NCBI GenBank assembly: GCA_963785305.1 | Contig: CAWAUV010000005.1 | Location: 256,001-320,000 of the forward strand | Length of the DNA: 64,000 nt | Origin: an uncultured Planctomycetaceae bacterium | Lineage (GTDB): Bacteria; Planctomycetota; Planctomycetia; Pirellulales; PALSA-1355 | Direction: 5' to 3' | Part shown: positions 1 to 11,723 of the stretch, one piece after another | Position numbering within the stretch: position 1 is the first letter of the stretch | How the letters are laid out: every line of letters begins with the position of its first letter | Notes under the pieces: generated by a model | What the model was told of the DNA's origin: nothing | Databases searched by the model: none | Seen by the model: the letters and a program-made list of their open reading frames with translations, nothing else | Position numbers and translations under genes: made by a program

Positions 1-52
1 TTGGACGACTTCGCGATCGGATGAACACGGAGCGCGAAGGCGAATTCAAGAA

Positions 53-96
53 GCCCCCCATCCCCGGCAGCCTTCCTGGCGCCGAGGATGGAGGGC
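53..96 (-). terminator. GC-rich hairpin downstream of amt (candidate intrinsic terminator)
   Basis: GCCCCCCATCCCCGGC (53-68) pairs with GCCGAGGATGGAGGGC (81-96) at 14/16 positions; followed by TTCTT on the minus strand, about 20 bp after the amt stop. Confidence 0.5.
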
Positions 97-114
97 CACC
101 CCATACGTTTAATC

Positions 115-1890
115 TCACGCGTCGAGCGCCGTGCCCTTGAGCTCGAAATCCGGATAGCCGAGGGCGCCCATTTCGGGGCCATCGAGTCCTTCCAATTCGA
201 CCTCGCGGCTGACGCGCAGCGGCGTGATGAAACTGCTGAGTTTGAACAACACCCCCGAGATCACGACGCCCGTGACGATCACCGTCACGCCGCTAATGAG
301 CTGGGCCCAGAGCTGCGACATATCGCCATAGAAGGCTCCGCGAACGCCGTCATAGGCATAACCGACCGTCTTGGTCCATTGCTCTTTTTCCGCGTCGGAG
401 AGCGAGGCGAACCGATCGACGCCATTCCAGCCGGCGCCATATTCGCCGGTGGCGAACAGGCCGAGGGAGATCACTCCCCACAAACCGTTGACGCCGTGGA
501 CCGAAACCGCGCCCACCACATCGTCGACGCCCATCTTGTCGAAGAAGAACACCGACTCCACGACGAGCACTCCGGCGATCGCGCCGATGATGGCGGCTCC
601 GTTCGTGTCGACAAACGCACAAGGCGCCGTGATCGCCACCAAGCCGGCCAGCATGCCGTTGCACATCATGGTCGGGTCCGGCTTCATCCGGCGAGCCAAC
701 ATCATGTAGAACATGCAGGCCAGCGTGGCGGTGGTGCCGGCGAGCATCGTGTTGACCACGATAAACGAGATTCGCAAGTCGGTGCCGGCGAGGCTCGAAC
801 CCGGATTAAACCCAAACCAGCCGAACGCGAGGATAAAGGTGCCGACGCAAACCATCGGCACATTGTGCCCCGGAATCGCGCGGGCCTTGCCATTGACGTA
901 TTTGCCGATGCGGGGCCCGATCATCAGGCCACCAACGAGCGCGATGACGCCACCCATGCAATGCACGACGCCCGAGCCGGCGAAGTCGACCGCGCCGTGG
1001 CCCAGGTTTTTGAGCGTTCCGAGTTGAGCGAGCCAGCCGCCACCCCAGAGCCAGTTCGCATAGAGGCAATAGGGAAACGCGATCCAGAGACCATACAGAC
1101 AGAAGTTCTTCCAGGCCCAGCGTTCGGCCATGGTGCCGGTGGGGATCGTGGCCGTGGTGTCCATGAACACCATCATGAAGAAAAACAGCGTCATGCAGCT
1201 CACGTCTTGCACGCCGTGCAAGAAGAAGCCTTTCGTTCCCATGAGGCCCCAAGCAGCGACATTGTTCGCCGGGTCGCCGCCGAATGTGATGCCTTCGTTG
1301 AGACACGCCAAACCGGGGCCCAGAGCGGCGGTGAAGCCGGGCGGCACCGGGCCGGCAAACCAATTGCCCCAGCCAACCGCGAAGCCGTACATCCAGAAGC
1401 CCAAGCAGCCAAGCGGATAGATCATCATATTCATCGCAATTGTGTGCGACGAGTTCTTCGCGCGGCAGAGGCCGGTTTCCACGCAGGCAAAGCCCGCCTG
1501 CATGAACATCACCAAAAAGCCGGTGATCAGCGTCCACACGAAATTGATCGAAAACCAGTTGTGCGCCACGCGATCCCAAATATCGGGAATCGTCATTTTC
1601 GAGGGAATATCGCCCTTGCCATCGTTCGCCGGCGCGATGCCGACACCGATCTTGGCGCCGGTCGGATCGGGCAACGCCGTGCCGTCTTTTTCCTTGTCCA
1701 TGCCCGTGACCCAGAGCGGCGGCTTATCCTCGGCCGGCGCATCGGCCGGGGCCGCGGCTTCCGCCGGTTTATCCGCGGCGGCCGGCGCCTCGGCGGCCGG
1801 GGTTTCTTGGGCCAGCGCCAGGGTTGCCTGACTTATAGCGCCCGCGAATAACAGCGACACAATCCACCCACACTTCCACAGCATCACTCT
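115..1890 (-). CDS. amt: Ammonium transporter (Amt family) with signal peptide and N-terminal extension
   Basis: Motifs FMQAGFACVETG, DFAGSGVVH, GWFGFNPGS, DDVVGAVSVHG, ELEGLD; many TM helices; start at MRVMLW is inferred. Confidence 0.95.
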   Translation of the reverse strand, partial: RVMLWKCGWIVSLLFAGAISQATLALAQETPAAEAPAAADKPAEAAAPADAPAEDKPPLWVTGMDKEKDGTALPDPTGAKIGVGIAPANDGKGDIPSKMTIPDIWDRVAHNWFSINFVWTLITGFLVMFMQAGFACVETGLCRAKNSSHTIAMNMMIYPLGCLGFWMYGFAVGWGNWFAGPVPPGFTAALGPGLACLNEGITFGGDPANNVAAWGLMGTKGFFLHGVQDVSCMTLFFFMMVFMDTTATIPTGTMAERWAWKNFCLYGLWIAFPYCLYANWLWGGGWLAQLGTLKNLGHGAVDFAGSGVVHCMGGVIALVGGLMIGPRIGKYVNGKARAIPGHNVPMVCVGTFILAFGWFGFNPGSSLAGTDLRISFIVVNTMLAGTTATLACMFYMMLARRMKPDPTMMCNGMLAGLVAITAPCAFVDTNGAAIIGAIAGVLVVESVFFFDKMGVDDVVGAVSVHGVNGLWGVISLGLFATGEYGAGWNGVDRFASLSDAEKEQWTKTVGYAYDGVRGAFYGDMSQLWAQLISGVTVIVTGVVISGVLFKLSSFITPLRVSREVELEGLDGPEMGALGYPDFELKGTALDA

Positions 1891-2034
1891 CATCAGATGA
1901 CTCCGCTTTGCAGTAAGGAAACTGGAAGCACCGCCTTTGGGACATCTCGAGCGCGAACACGAAGACACTAAGGGACTCGCCTCGCATCGTAATCGCGCAA
2001 TGAGGGCGCCAGCAGCACGATGGGCCGGCCAGCT

Positions 2035-2050
2035 AGCAAGTGGCGTGCCG
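2035..2050 (-). promoter_or_regulatory. Sigma54 (-24/-12) promoter for amt
   Basis: Minus strand reads CGGCACGCCACTTGCT = GG-N10-GC, matching TGGCAC-N5-TTGC, about 145 bp upstream of amt; fits nitrogen-regulated Amt. Confidence 0.75.
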
Positions 2051-2270
2051 AAAAGAGATTCGGCTTGGGGGACAGCGCATGTCCGCCCCTCTGGCGCGGG
2101 CCGAAAGCATGAGAAACACGAGGGCGGACCACCCGCGAGTCAACGTGGCAGCGAGGGCCGCTCGATCGCAAAACTCCCAGGAAAACCCGAGTGTTTCGTG
2201 ATTTCCCCCCGCGTCTTCCAGCTCGCGCCGGCTCGCATGCGCCCGAGAATTGCCATCATCTAATAAAGGC

Positions 2271-2322
2271 AAAAAAAAGACACCAGGGCGGCGAGGCGCG
2301 AAGCGACGAACGCCCGGCCGCC
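2271..2322 (-). terminator. Probable intrinsic terminator after the EF-G gene
   Basis: GC-rich imperfect stem (CCGGGCG...CGCCCTGG) followed by a T8 tract on the minus strand. Confidence 0.55.
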
Positions 2323-2387
2323 AAGCCCCTTCGCCCAAGTTCGTGGCAACCGATGGCCGAGAACAGGGCAGCGGCGCCCTGCCCAGG

Positions 2388-4487
2388 TCATTCGTCTTCT
2401 TCTTCCTTGAGCGACGTCTTGTCGACCACTTCCTTCTGCACATGACCCGGCGCGAGTTCGTAGCGGCTGAACTCCATCGTGAAGCTTCCCTGCCCAGCCG
2501 TTAGACTCGACAAACTCCGCGCATAGTTGGCCACTTCCGATAGCGGCGCCTCGGCCACCACGGTTTGCATGTCTCCGCCCGCCGCGTTCATGCCCAGCAC
2601 GCGACCGCGGCGGCCCGACATGTCGCTGTTGATATCGCCGAGCTTGCTGTTGGGCGCGGTCACTTCCAGAGTGACGATCGGTTCGAGCAGCCCCGGCTTT
2701 GCCAACTGAAACACGTTGCGGAAAGCCATCGAGCCGGCGGTCTTGAACGCGGCTTCGGAACTGTCGACCGGGTGATGCTTGCCGAAATAAACTTCCACGC
2801 CCACATTCCGCACCCGATAGCCCGCGATCACGCCGCGTTCGACGCGTTCCTTGAATCCCTTTTCGATCGCCGGCAAGAAGTTGTTGGGAATCGTGCCGCC
2901 GACGATCGAATCGACCCAAAGGAAATTGTCCTGAGGATCGTGATGAAAACTTCTCAGATGGGGAAAGCGCTCCTTGGTGCAAAAAGTCTCTGGGTTCATG
3001 CCATCGGGTAGCGGAAACATGCGAATATGCACCTCGCCGAACTGCCCGCGGCCGCCCGACTGCTTTTTATGTCGGTAGCTGCCCTCGGCCGGCGTTTGAA
3101 TCGTCTCGAGGTAGGGAATCTTGGGCTCGTGCACGTCGATCTCGACCTTGTCGCGCCGCTTGAGCTTTTCACGCGTGATCTGCAAATGCAGTTCGCTCAT
3201 GCCGTTGATCACGAGCTCCTTGGTCCGCGGATCGCGGTTGAGGGCGATTGTGTTGTCTTCTTCGAGAATCTTGTGCAGCGCGGTCGAGAGCCGCCCTTCA
3301 TCGCCGCGACTCTTGGGAATCGCCGCCAGGCCCACCATCGGCGAGGGATACTTGAATGCCGGCAAGGTCAACTCGCCGAGCGATAGGCCGGTGTGCAATT
3401 CCTCGACCTTGGCCACGGCGATCATCTGGCCGGCGGCGGCGGCGTCGATCGATTGCGTTTCGGAACCTTGAATCTCGAACAGTTGATGCAATTTCACCGG
3501 TTTCCGCTGGCCGGAGAGATGCACGGTGTCGTCTTTTTTGATGGCGCCCGAAAAAATTCGCAGAAAGCTCAACTTATGGACAAACGGATCGATGCGCGTC
3601 TTGAATACCTGGGCCACGAGCGGGCCATCGGCCGATTGCGGCGCGAGTTCCAACTCGCCCGCCTCGGTGAGCCCGCGCCGCGCGACACGGTCGGGCGGCA
3701 GCGCCGCGAGCACGAGCGCGTCGAGCAGTTCTTCGACCCCGGCGCCGGTTTTCCCCGAGACACATAGCACCGGAATCAAGGCGCCCGTGGCCACGGCCTC
3801 GACCGTGAGCCGCGCGAGCTCCTCACTCGTGGGCGGCATGCCCTCGAAATATCGGGCCGTGACTTCTTCGTCCAATTCGATGATCGTGTCGACCAGTGTC
3901 ATGCCGAGCGCCACCGGATCGAGCAGGGCGCCCTCGTGCTTCGCCGGCACCTTGAGCGTGCTGCACACTCCGGAAAATTTCGGGCCCAGCCCGATCGGCA
4001 CATTCATGGGAATGCACATCTTGCCGAACATTTCGTGGATCGTGTCCAGGAGTTTCGCGAAGTCGATGTTGTCGCTATCGAGCTTCGAGATGACGATCAC
4101 CCGGCCCAAGCCGAGCTTGCCGGCCTCTTGAAACATGCGCCGGGTATTGACTCCGGGCCCGGCGTGGGCGTCGATCACGATCACCGCGGTTTCCACCACA
4201 TGCAAGGGGCCGATCGCTTGACCGAGAAAATCGGGATAGCCCGGCGTGTCGACCACGGTGAAGAGCTTCCCCTCATGGCGAAAATGCACGAGGCTCGCTT
4301 CGATCGAATGCTTGTGTCGCTTCTCTTCCTCGTCGAAATCCGCGACGCTCGTGCCATCGTCGACGCTGGCCGGGCGCTTCACGGCGCCGGTCGCGGTAAG
4401 AATCCGGTCGACCAGCATCGTCTTGCCCGCCGAACCATTGCCACAAAACACGAGATTGCGAATATCGCCGATCGCCGGATGCGACAT
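2388..4487 (-). CDS. fusA: Elongation factor G paralogue (EF-G2-like)
   Basis: 699 aa; GNGSAGKT, DTPGYPDF, SKLD, GMSELHL, KQSGGRGQFGEV, HPVDSSEAAF; lies outside the str operon. Confidence 0.9.
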   Translation of the reverse strand: MSHPAIGDIRNLVFCGNGSAGKTMLVDRILTATGAVKRPASVDDGTSVADFDEEEKRHKHSIEASLVHFRHEGKLFTVVDTPGYPDFLGQAIGPLHVVETAVIVIDAHAGPGVNTRRMFQEAGKLGLGRVIVISKLDSDNIDFAKLLDTIHEMFGKMCIPMNVPIGLGPKFSGVCSTLKVPAKHEGALLDPVALGMTLVDTIIELDEEVTARYFEGMPPTSEELARLTVEAVATGALIPVLCVSGKTGAGVEELLDALVLAALPPDRVARRGLTEAGELELAPQSADGPLVAQVFKTRIDPFVHKLSFLRIFSGAIKKDDTVHLSGQRKPVKLHQLFEIQGSETQSIDAAAAGQMIAVAKVEELHTGLSLGELTLPAFKYPSPMVGLAAIPKSRGDEGRLSTALHKILEEDNTIALNRDPRTKELVINGMSELHLQITREKLKRRDKVEIDVHEPKIPYLETIQTPAEGSYRHKKQSGGRGQFGEVHIRMFPLPDGMNPETFCTKERFPHLRSFHHDPQDNFLWVDSIVGGTIPNNFLPAIEKGFKERVERGVIAGYRVRNVGVEVYFGKHHPVDSSEAAFKTAGSMAFRNVFQLAKPGLLEPIVTLEVTAPNSKLGDINSDMSGRRGRVLGMNAAGGDMQTVVAEAPLSEVANYARSLSSLTAGQGSFTMEFSRYELAPGHVQKEVVDKTSLKEEEDE

Positions 4488-4562
4488 GCCTCGATCTCCT
4501 TATGTTTGGAATGGGAAGGCGCGAACGCGCCCGGGCGCCGAGAATACGAAAAGCGCCTGTTA

Positions 4563-5289
4563 TTATGCCGCGCCCGAACCGGCTCTCGCCAGTGCTTCGC
4601 CCAGCGAGAGCGAACCTTCGTAGAGCGCGCGGCCGATAATCGCGCCATCGACCCCAAGTTCGGCCACGCGGGCCACGTCGTCGGTCGTGGTCACGCCGCC
4701 CGAGGCGATCACGGGCGTGGCCACCGCGCGGCGCATGGCGGCGAGCGCGTCGAGATTCGGGCCGGCCATCATGCCGTCCTTGGCGATATCGGTGTAAATG
4801 ATCGATGCCAGCGGCTCCTCGGCAAAGGCTTGGGCCAGTTCCACCGCGTCGGCGCCGCTGGTCTCGAGCCAGCCGTGGGTGGCGACCCGCCCATCGCGAG
4901 CATCGATGCCGAGCGCCATGCGGCCGGGAAACCGGCGGCACATATCGCGAAACCAAGCTTGCTCTCGAATCGCCAGCGTGCCGATAACCAGGCGCTCGAG
5001 CCCCAGGCCGAGCAAACGCTCGATCGTGGCTTGGTCGCGAATGCCGCCGCCCAGTTCGCACGCCAAGGGCGCCGCGGCGACGATCTGTTCAATCGCCTGC
5101 CAATTGGTCACCGCGCCGGCCCGCGCACCGTCGAGATCGACAATATGCAGAAAGCGAGCCGCCCTCGCCATGAAACCGCCGCGCCACGGCGGCCGGGTCA
5201 TCGTCGAACACCGTTTCACGGCCGTAGTCCCCTTGGCGCAGCCGCACGCATTTGCCGCCCCGGAGGTCGATCGCCGGCCAAATTTGCAT
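4563..5289 (-). CDS. hisA: ProFAR isomerase HisA (one apparent frameshift near 5165)
   Basis: [22 protein letters not shown] in one frame, then [40 protein letters not shown] in the next. Confidence 0.92.
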
Positions 5290-5455
5290 GAAAATCGCTC
5301 GCGGGAAAAAAGGAATGGGTTCGGCGGGAATCGCGATCTCGCGCGAAGTGACTACCTGTAAACGGCTCGCGGACGTTCGCGTCCGAAATATCGCACGACG
5401 ATCTTCGCCACGCAAGCGCCACCGTGTTTTTGGCGTTCCTGGCCGGCCGGGGTCG

Positions 5456-6577
5456 CTATCGCACCATGTAGCCGAGCGCGAACCGCACCATGTTGAACAT
5501 CGCCAAGCTCATCGCGCCAACCATGATGGTGTTGTGCAGCCACGCCCGCCGCTCGGTGACAAGGGCCATCGCCAAGAACACGGGAAACAGCACCAGCGCA
5601 AATCGCGGCACGGCGTCCATGCGAGCCGAGACGACCCAAATCGCAAGCTGCGCGAGTCCGTAGATTGCGTAGCCCTTGCGCAGCCGCAGGCCCGCGAAAA
5701 CGACCAGCCCGGTCACCGGAATCAGATAACACAACCGCTGAAACGAGCCGATGCCGCCGAAGCTGTTGAAGATGCTCGCGATCGGCCAACCATATTGCGC
5801 GTGAACAAAAGCCAGCGGCGTGCCAAACCAGACCCATTGCACCGCCAGCCATGCGGCCGTCGCCAGCGGGGTAAGCGCGAGCCATAGCACATTCCAACGC
5901 ACCTCGCCCAGGCGCCATTGGCGCTGCTCGAGATACTCGGCCGCCAGTCCAATCGCGAGCACGAACCCATCGGGCCGGGCCAAGCCGTTCAACGCGGCGA
6001 CCAATCCCGCAATTGCCCACATTCCGCGGCGAGCAAAGTAATACAACACCACGATAATCGCCAGCGTGATCGACATGCTATACACGGCCGAAAGGAAGAG
6101 CGTGGTCGGAAAGACCATGAGATACCACAAGGCGCGATCGGCCCCCTCTTTGGCCAGGTCCAGCCGCGCCAGTGCCCAAAGCCCCATCGCGGCCACCACC
6201 AGCGAGATGTTGGACACGATCACGCCTCCCAGGGCCATCGCCCAATCGCCTCCGCCGAAACATTGGCCGATCCAGCGCATCAGATAAGGATACAGCGGAA
6301 AGAAGGCGACGTTGCATTCTTCGCCGGGCGTGTATTGATAACCCTGGCCCGCGATATTCAAATACCATCCAGAGTCCCAATGGTTCCAAATGTTGATCCA
6401 GGGATAAGGAGTGAGTTGGCTGTTGGGCAGCGTGGGCATCTGCCGAATCGCCACAAGCCCCGCCACGATGAAAGCGAAGCGAGTCACGACGAGCGGAGTT
6501 AGCGAGCCAAAAAACATCGCCCAGGGCGTATCGACGCGCGGGGGATTGGTCGCCGGGGCGTTTTGATTGTCGTTCAT
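5456..6577 (-). CDS. GT-C membrane mannosyltransferase-family protein (PIG-V-like)
   Basis: [36 protein letters not shown] motifs; polytopic membrane protein. Confidence 0.8.
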   Translation of the reverse strand: MNDNQNAPATNPPRVDTPWAMFFGSLTPLVVTRFAFIVAGLVAIRQMPTLPNSQLTPYPWINIWNHWDSGWYLNIAGQGYQYTPGEECNVAFFPLYPYLMRWIGQCFGGGDWAMALGGVIVSNISLVVAAMGLWALARLDLAKEGADRALWYLMVFPTTLFLSAVYSMSITLAIIVVLYYFARRGMWAIAGLVAALNGLARPDGFVLAIGLAAEYLEQRQWRLGEVRWNVLWLALTPLATAAWLAVQWVWFGTPLAFVHAQYGWPIASIFNSFGGIGSFQRLCYLIPVTGLVVFAGLRLRKGYAIYGLAQLAIWVVSARMDAVPRFALVLFPVFLAMALVTERRAWLHNTIMVGAMSLAMFNMVRFALGYMVR

Positions 6578-6773
6578 AAGAGCGTGACCGCCGCTTGGAT
6601 AATAGAAAAGAACTTCGCCCATCGGCGCCGATCCGAGACGAACGCCCAACGCAACGCACCCGATCTGATGAACCGACCGGCGCCCAAGAACTTCGTCCGA
6701 TTCATAACCAATCGCCAGCCCACGATAATCGCCGCTCTCGAAGCTGCCAAGCCACGAAATCAAAGGAACCCGC

Positions 6774-7674
6774 ATGCCGAGCCAATCGCCACTCCGAGGC
6801 GTTTTCACTCCCAATATCGTGCCGCTCGACGCCCGTGGCGACATCCACGAAGCCGAACTGCGACGTTATGTAAGCTGGCTCATCGACCACGGCGCCCAGG
6901 GCCTGTACCCCAACGGATCGACCGGCGAATTCACCAAGTTCACGCCCGAAGAGCGACGCCGCGTGATCGAAATCATCGTCGACGAGGCCCAGGGCCGAGT
7001 TCCGATTCTGGCCGGCGCCGCCGAAGCCAATGTCCGCGAAACGCTCAGGGCCTGCGAATGTTACCACAAGCTCGGCGCGCGCCGTGGCGATCGTGGCCCC
7101 TTTTTACTACAAGCACGGGCCCGAGAGCGTGTTTGCCTATTACAAGGAAATCGCCGATCATTCGCCGATCGATGTCACGCTCTACAATATCCCGATGTTC
7201 GCCTCGCCGATCGATGTCGACACCGTGCTCCGGCTGAGTGAGGAATGCCCGCGCGTGGTGGCGATCAAGGACTCGTCGGGCGATCTGCCGCACATGATGC
7301 GCATGATCGCCGCAGTGCGGCCCCGGCGGCCCGACTTCGTGTTTCTCACCGGCTGGGACGCCTCGCTCACGCCGATGCTTCTGGCCGGCTGCAACGGAGC
7401 GACCCTCGCCACGGCGGGCGTGGCGCCGGAACTGACTCGCGGAATTTTCGATCTCTGCGAAGCCGGCAAGTGGACCGAGGCCATGGCGCTCCAGCGACGG
7501 ATGCTGCCGCTTTTCGACGCGATGATCGGCGTGGGCGAGTTTCCGGAAGGTTTTCGCGAAGGCGTGCGTTTGCGCGGCTTCGACACCGGCCGCGGCCGCT
7601 CGCCGCTTGGGCCCCATTTTCACGAAAAGCTCGCGGCTATCGAACCCGCGCTCTGCGCCGCACTCTCCGGCTAA
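6774..7674 (+). CDS. Dihydrodipicolinate synthase (DapA/NanA) family aldolase (apparent frameshift near 7075)
   Basis: [25 protein letters not shown] split across ORFs 6774-7241 and 7030-7674. Confidence 0.88.
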
Positions 7675-7727
7675 ATAGGCTTGCGCATATGGGAGGAAAG
7701 TAAAAAGAAGAACTCCGAGCACTTACG

Positions 7728-8309
7728 TAGTGTTCCAAGCACTCGGGCACAAGGAGTTCCTCATGAGTATTCAGCAGCGGGTCGTACGGGGTTGGCAAGC
7801 GCTTTCGAAACGGGAGCGGCGGATCATGCGGATGCACAGCAGGCACGCGCCTTCGGCAGTGCTGCGATGCCGTTGCAAGGTGATTGTTGGTTTGATTCAA
7901 GGCAAAACGCCGACCCAACTCGCCTCGGGCGGCTTGTGTTCCGGGTCGCAAGTTTACCGCGTGGCTCAGCGGTTCGTCGAGCAAGGACCTGCTGGCATGG
8001 CGGATGCACGCGAGGACAACGGCCAGGGCAAGATCGACGAGTCGTACGAATGAGAATTGCTGGTCGCCGTCGCCACGTCCCCACGTGATTATGGTCACTT
8101 GCGGACCACCTGGACGCAAGAATTGCTCGCGCGTGTGGTGGTCAGCGCACGGGCATCGTGGTCAGCGTGACGACGATCTGTCGGCTGCTCAAGCGACACC
8201 GCGTGCGTCTGGGTCGGCCCAAGCCGATCGTGGGCTGTCCTTGGCCCAGGGCCAAGCGGATGCGGCGTTTGCGGGAGATTCGGCGCAATCTTCGCAACCT
8301 TGCGCGGTG
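7728..8309 (+). pseudogene. IS630-family transposase, 5' part only (HTH region; internal stop; cut by IS66-like copy 1)
   Basis: TA|GTGTTCC end; MSIQQRVV...YRVAQRFVEQG...SPRDYG..TTWT.ELLA...TICRLLKRH..RLGRPKPIVGCPWP, typical of IS630 N-termini. Confidence 0.7.
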
Positions 8310-9462
8310 GTAACTGTTAAGCCGTGGCGTGGCCTGGGCGCGGGGGGGCGGTGGCGATATTGGCGGGGATCGCGGGCGAGGGGTTTCCGGGGATGGGTCG
8401 CGTGGCGGATGGTTTAACTGCTATTGGTGATCGGCAGCGGCAGGGTCTTGCCTTGCAATTTAGGCGCACGACTTCGATTCCATACCTTGCGAAGCTCAAA
8501 CCGTTTTTCGCGCCGGTCGCGATCACGCTCTTGATTCGGGCGAACGCCGCCGCGCTCCATTCGGTCCGATGCGTGCCGCCATCATTCCTCGCCGCCGCCA
8601 GGCTTCGGATGTCGCGTTCGGTTCCGTTGTTGTCGGCCGGAACATTCGCATCGTCGAGGAAGGTGAACAATTCGTCCGAGTGCTTGAACAGCCGGCGCCA
8701 GATTCGCAAACATTCGCGATGCCGCACGCGCGTCTCGAGCATCAACGTGTCGAAACGGTTTTGAATCTCGTGTCGGGCCGCGTTGAAAGCTTTTTTGCCG
8801 AGCGACTTGCGCTCGTGGCCCAACCGGATCGCGTCTTGAAACAGCGTGATCAACGGCTGGATGAAGGCCCGCACGCTCGCCGCCGGCAACGTCTCGCGCA
8901 GCTTGTGCAACTCGCGAAGCAAATGGACCAAGCAGCGCTGTTTGCGGCAGTCGAGCCCGTTGTAGACCGCATAAAAATCGCTGACCAGCGTGCCCGCGAA
9001 CGATGTGCCCAACGCTCGCTCGAGCACGGCCCGATTGCGATGACCATTCGAGCTTGGGCTCTGGAATCTCCGCCATCTCATGCTCTTCAAACTCGCCGGT
9101 GGCGGTCAGATCGCGGCCCCCACAGTGCGGACACTCTCGCGGATGCACGTCGTGTTCGATGAATACCGTGCCCGGCGGCGGCTCTGGACGAAAGCTGCCC
9201 GGATGTTTGCGAAACTGCTTGCGGCGGCGACCCTGTTCGCCACGCCGCGCATCGCTGGCCGAGCGGGTTTTCTTGCGCCGCTGAAGAAACTTTTGCAACT
9301 GCTGCTCGAGCTGCTCGACTCGCTTGCGCAGCGTGATATTCTCCGCCTGCAACCGGGCGATTTCCGCTTCCAACTCGGCGATCCGTCGATCTCGATCATC
9401 CATGATCCAATCAATGTGACCGAAAACCCAATTTCGGGAAAGAGGAAATGCTTAACAGTTAC
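8310..9462 (-). mobile_element. IS66-family single-ORF element, copy 1 (383-bp internal deletion)
   Basis: Terminal IRs GTAACTGTTAAGC / GCTTAACAGTTAC; 1153 bp; lacks the segment equivalent to 24747-25129. Confidence 0.9.
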
Positions 9463-9587
9463 GCACCGAGCACGTGCTCGAAGGCTTCGTAATGCGCGTC
9501 GTTGCGGAATATCTTGGCCCGGGAAGTCGCTCGATTCAGGGCATGGTAGACGCCGCCAGCTTCGTCGGCTCGTGGTGGTTGTGGCAT
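9463..9587 (-). pseudogene. REP-associated tyrosine (HUH/Y1) transposase, N-terminal remnant, copy 1
   Basis: MPQPPRADEAGGVYHALNRATSRAKIFRNDAHYEAFEHVLG resembles the Y1_Tnp/RAYT N-terminus (YH..NRG...IF....Y..F); cut by the IS66-like element. Confidence 0.75.
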
Positions 9588-9628
9588 GGCCGCCAGCCTA
9601 CCAACAACCGCCAGCAAAATCAATGATT

Positions 9629-11564
9629 ATCGCGGTAGGGATGGCCCTTTCGGGCCACCCCCCGCACAGATCCGTACGTGCGGAACTACCGCATACGGCT
9701 CCTACCTTGGATACAAACGACCAAACCGCACTTCGGGATAAGGATGCAGGATTTTCGGGGTGGGAAGCCATCGTTTGCAAAGCTGCGAGAACTTCCGCCA
9801 GGTCATCCGGCGTCCGCGTTGGCTGCGTCGCCGCAGCATGCGGAGCCAGAGTTTCTGGAAGCGCCGTGCGGAATTGTTGCAATCGCACCGAGTTGCCGGG
9901 AATCGCATGGTAATTGAGCCATCCCCGGTAAACGCTCGATAGCCATGGCCCGACTTGCGCCAAGTCCATGTGCATTTTCCCGCGCAGCGCTTCTTTCAGT
10001 TCGCGCAGTTTGCCACGAAACTTCTTGGCCGATGAGATGCGGCGAATGGTGAATTCGCCCTTCCGGGTCACGCCACTGATGTGGGTGAAGCCCAGGAAGT
10101 CGAATGTCTCCGGTGGGCCATCGCCACGCTTCGATCGTCGTTCGGCCGCATAGCGTCCGAACTCGATCAGCCGCGTCTTCTCCGGGTGCGGTTCCAAACC
10201 GAATTTGGTGAAGCGTTCCCGGAGCGCCGCCAGGCAGCGTCGCGCGTCGGACTCCTCGCGGAATCCGACTACGAAATCGTCCGCATAGCGCACGATGATG
10301 ACCTCGCCCACGGCATGGCGTTTCCGCCACGCCACCAGCCACAGGTCCAGAACATAGTGCAAGAACACGTTCGAATAGAGCGGCGAAATCACCGCTCCTT
10401 GAGGTGTTCCCACGGTGCTCGGGGACCATTCGCCATCTTCCGACACTCCGGCTCGAAGCCATTTCTTCAGCAGCCGAAGCAGTCGTCGGTCGGCGATCCG
10501 ATGCTCCAGGAACTTCATCAACCATGCGTGGTCGATGTTGTCGAAGAAGCCGCGGATGTCCGCATCCAAAATCCAGTTCACTTTCCGCTTCTTGATGCCC
10601 ACGTAGAGCGCGTCCAAGGCTCGGTGACAGCTTCGTCCAGGACGAAAGCCGTAACTGAAACCCAGAAAGTCCTCTTCGTAGATGCACTCCAGGATCGTCC
10701 GTACGGCTTGCTGGACGATCTTGTCCTCCAGCGCCGCGATCCCGAGGGGCCGCGGCTTGCCGTCGAGCTTGGGAATCCAAGTTCGCTTGGACGGCCTGGC
10801 TCGATAGGCTCCCCGATGGATTCGACTGTGCGGATCGTCGATCCGCGTTTCGAAATCGGTGGCGTATTGAGCCCATGTCAGGCCATCGACGCCGGGCGCG
10901 GCTTGCTTCTTCAGGTCGAAGAAACTCGCCACCAGCAGTTCGGGCGTGACATGGTTCAGCAGATTGTTGAACCGCATCTTCTTGTCGCGTTGTGCCGCTT
11001 CTCGCACGCCCAGCAGTCCGCGCGGACCTGGGAGCCCGGCGTGTGTCCGGTCCAGTAGCGACTGCTCGGCGTTCTCCTCGGTCAGCTCCCTTCCCTCCAC
11101 GGGCTCCGCCGACAGCGGCACGCTGTCGTTGTTCGCCTGCTTCTTTGGTACTATGGAACTGTCTGACTCCCCGGGAACGTGCATGTCGGACTTGTGGCCT
11201 CGCGCCTTCTCCGACCGATCCGCTTCAAGCGAAGCGGATGTTCCCGGGATCTCCCGGCTTCCGCGAGAAAAGTTTCCGGCCGTGCGGGTGGTCCCGGACT
11301 CCGTGGGGGAGACGTCGGACTCGCCATGATCGTTCGACATCACTGTTGCCTTCCCGCATGAATCGAGCGACGGGGTCAGGACAAGGTCGGCCGCCACAAA
11401 AGAATGTTTTCGGAGCTCGATACACCGCCCGGCCGTGCCTCTGTGAACGCTTCGCCCTGCCAGTTGCCCGACACGACGCATCACTCGAGGCCGAGGTGGC
11501 TGGCTAGGCCTTGCCTCGTGCGACTCTTTCATTCGCGACTCTCCTCCGGCTTGTGCCGGCGCAC
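9629..11564 (-). mobile_element. Group II intron copy 1 (bacterial class E-like, no En domain)
   Basis: 5' GTGCG; domain V GAGCCGTATGCGGTAGTTCCGCACGTACGGATC; domain VI ending CCCTACCGCGAT; contains the RT ORF. Confidence 0.95.
9702..11007 (-). CDS. ltrA: Intron-encoded RT/maturase, copy 1 (+1 frameshift near 9859)
   Basis: APGVDG, RPLGI, SYGFRPGRS, GTPQGAVISP, YADD, FDFLGF, GWLNYH. Confidence 0.9.
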
Positions 11565-11586
11565 CCTGACCCCTTTGAATTCGCCC

Positions 11587-11705
11587 GGTCTTGCCGGTGA
11601 TTTGCTTTTGCCGATTGTAGGTTTGCATGACTTGGTCGGAGCCGCTGACGCTGTCGGGATAGATCGTGGCGCTGAGCAAGCCGTTGCTGGCGATCGACGA
11701 TTGCG
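11587..11705 (-). pseudogene. Short Rhs core fragment
   Basis: SSIASNGLLSATIYPDSVSGSDQVMQTYNRQKQITGKT closely matches the Rhs at about 28300-28412. Confidence 0.8.
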
Positions 11706-11723
11706 CTACTCCATGGCCACCGA

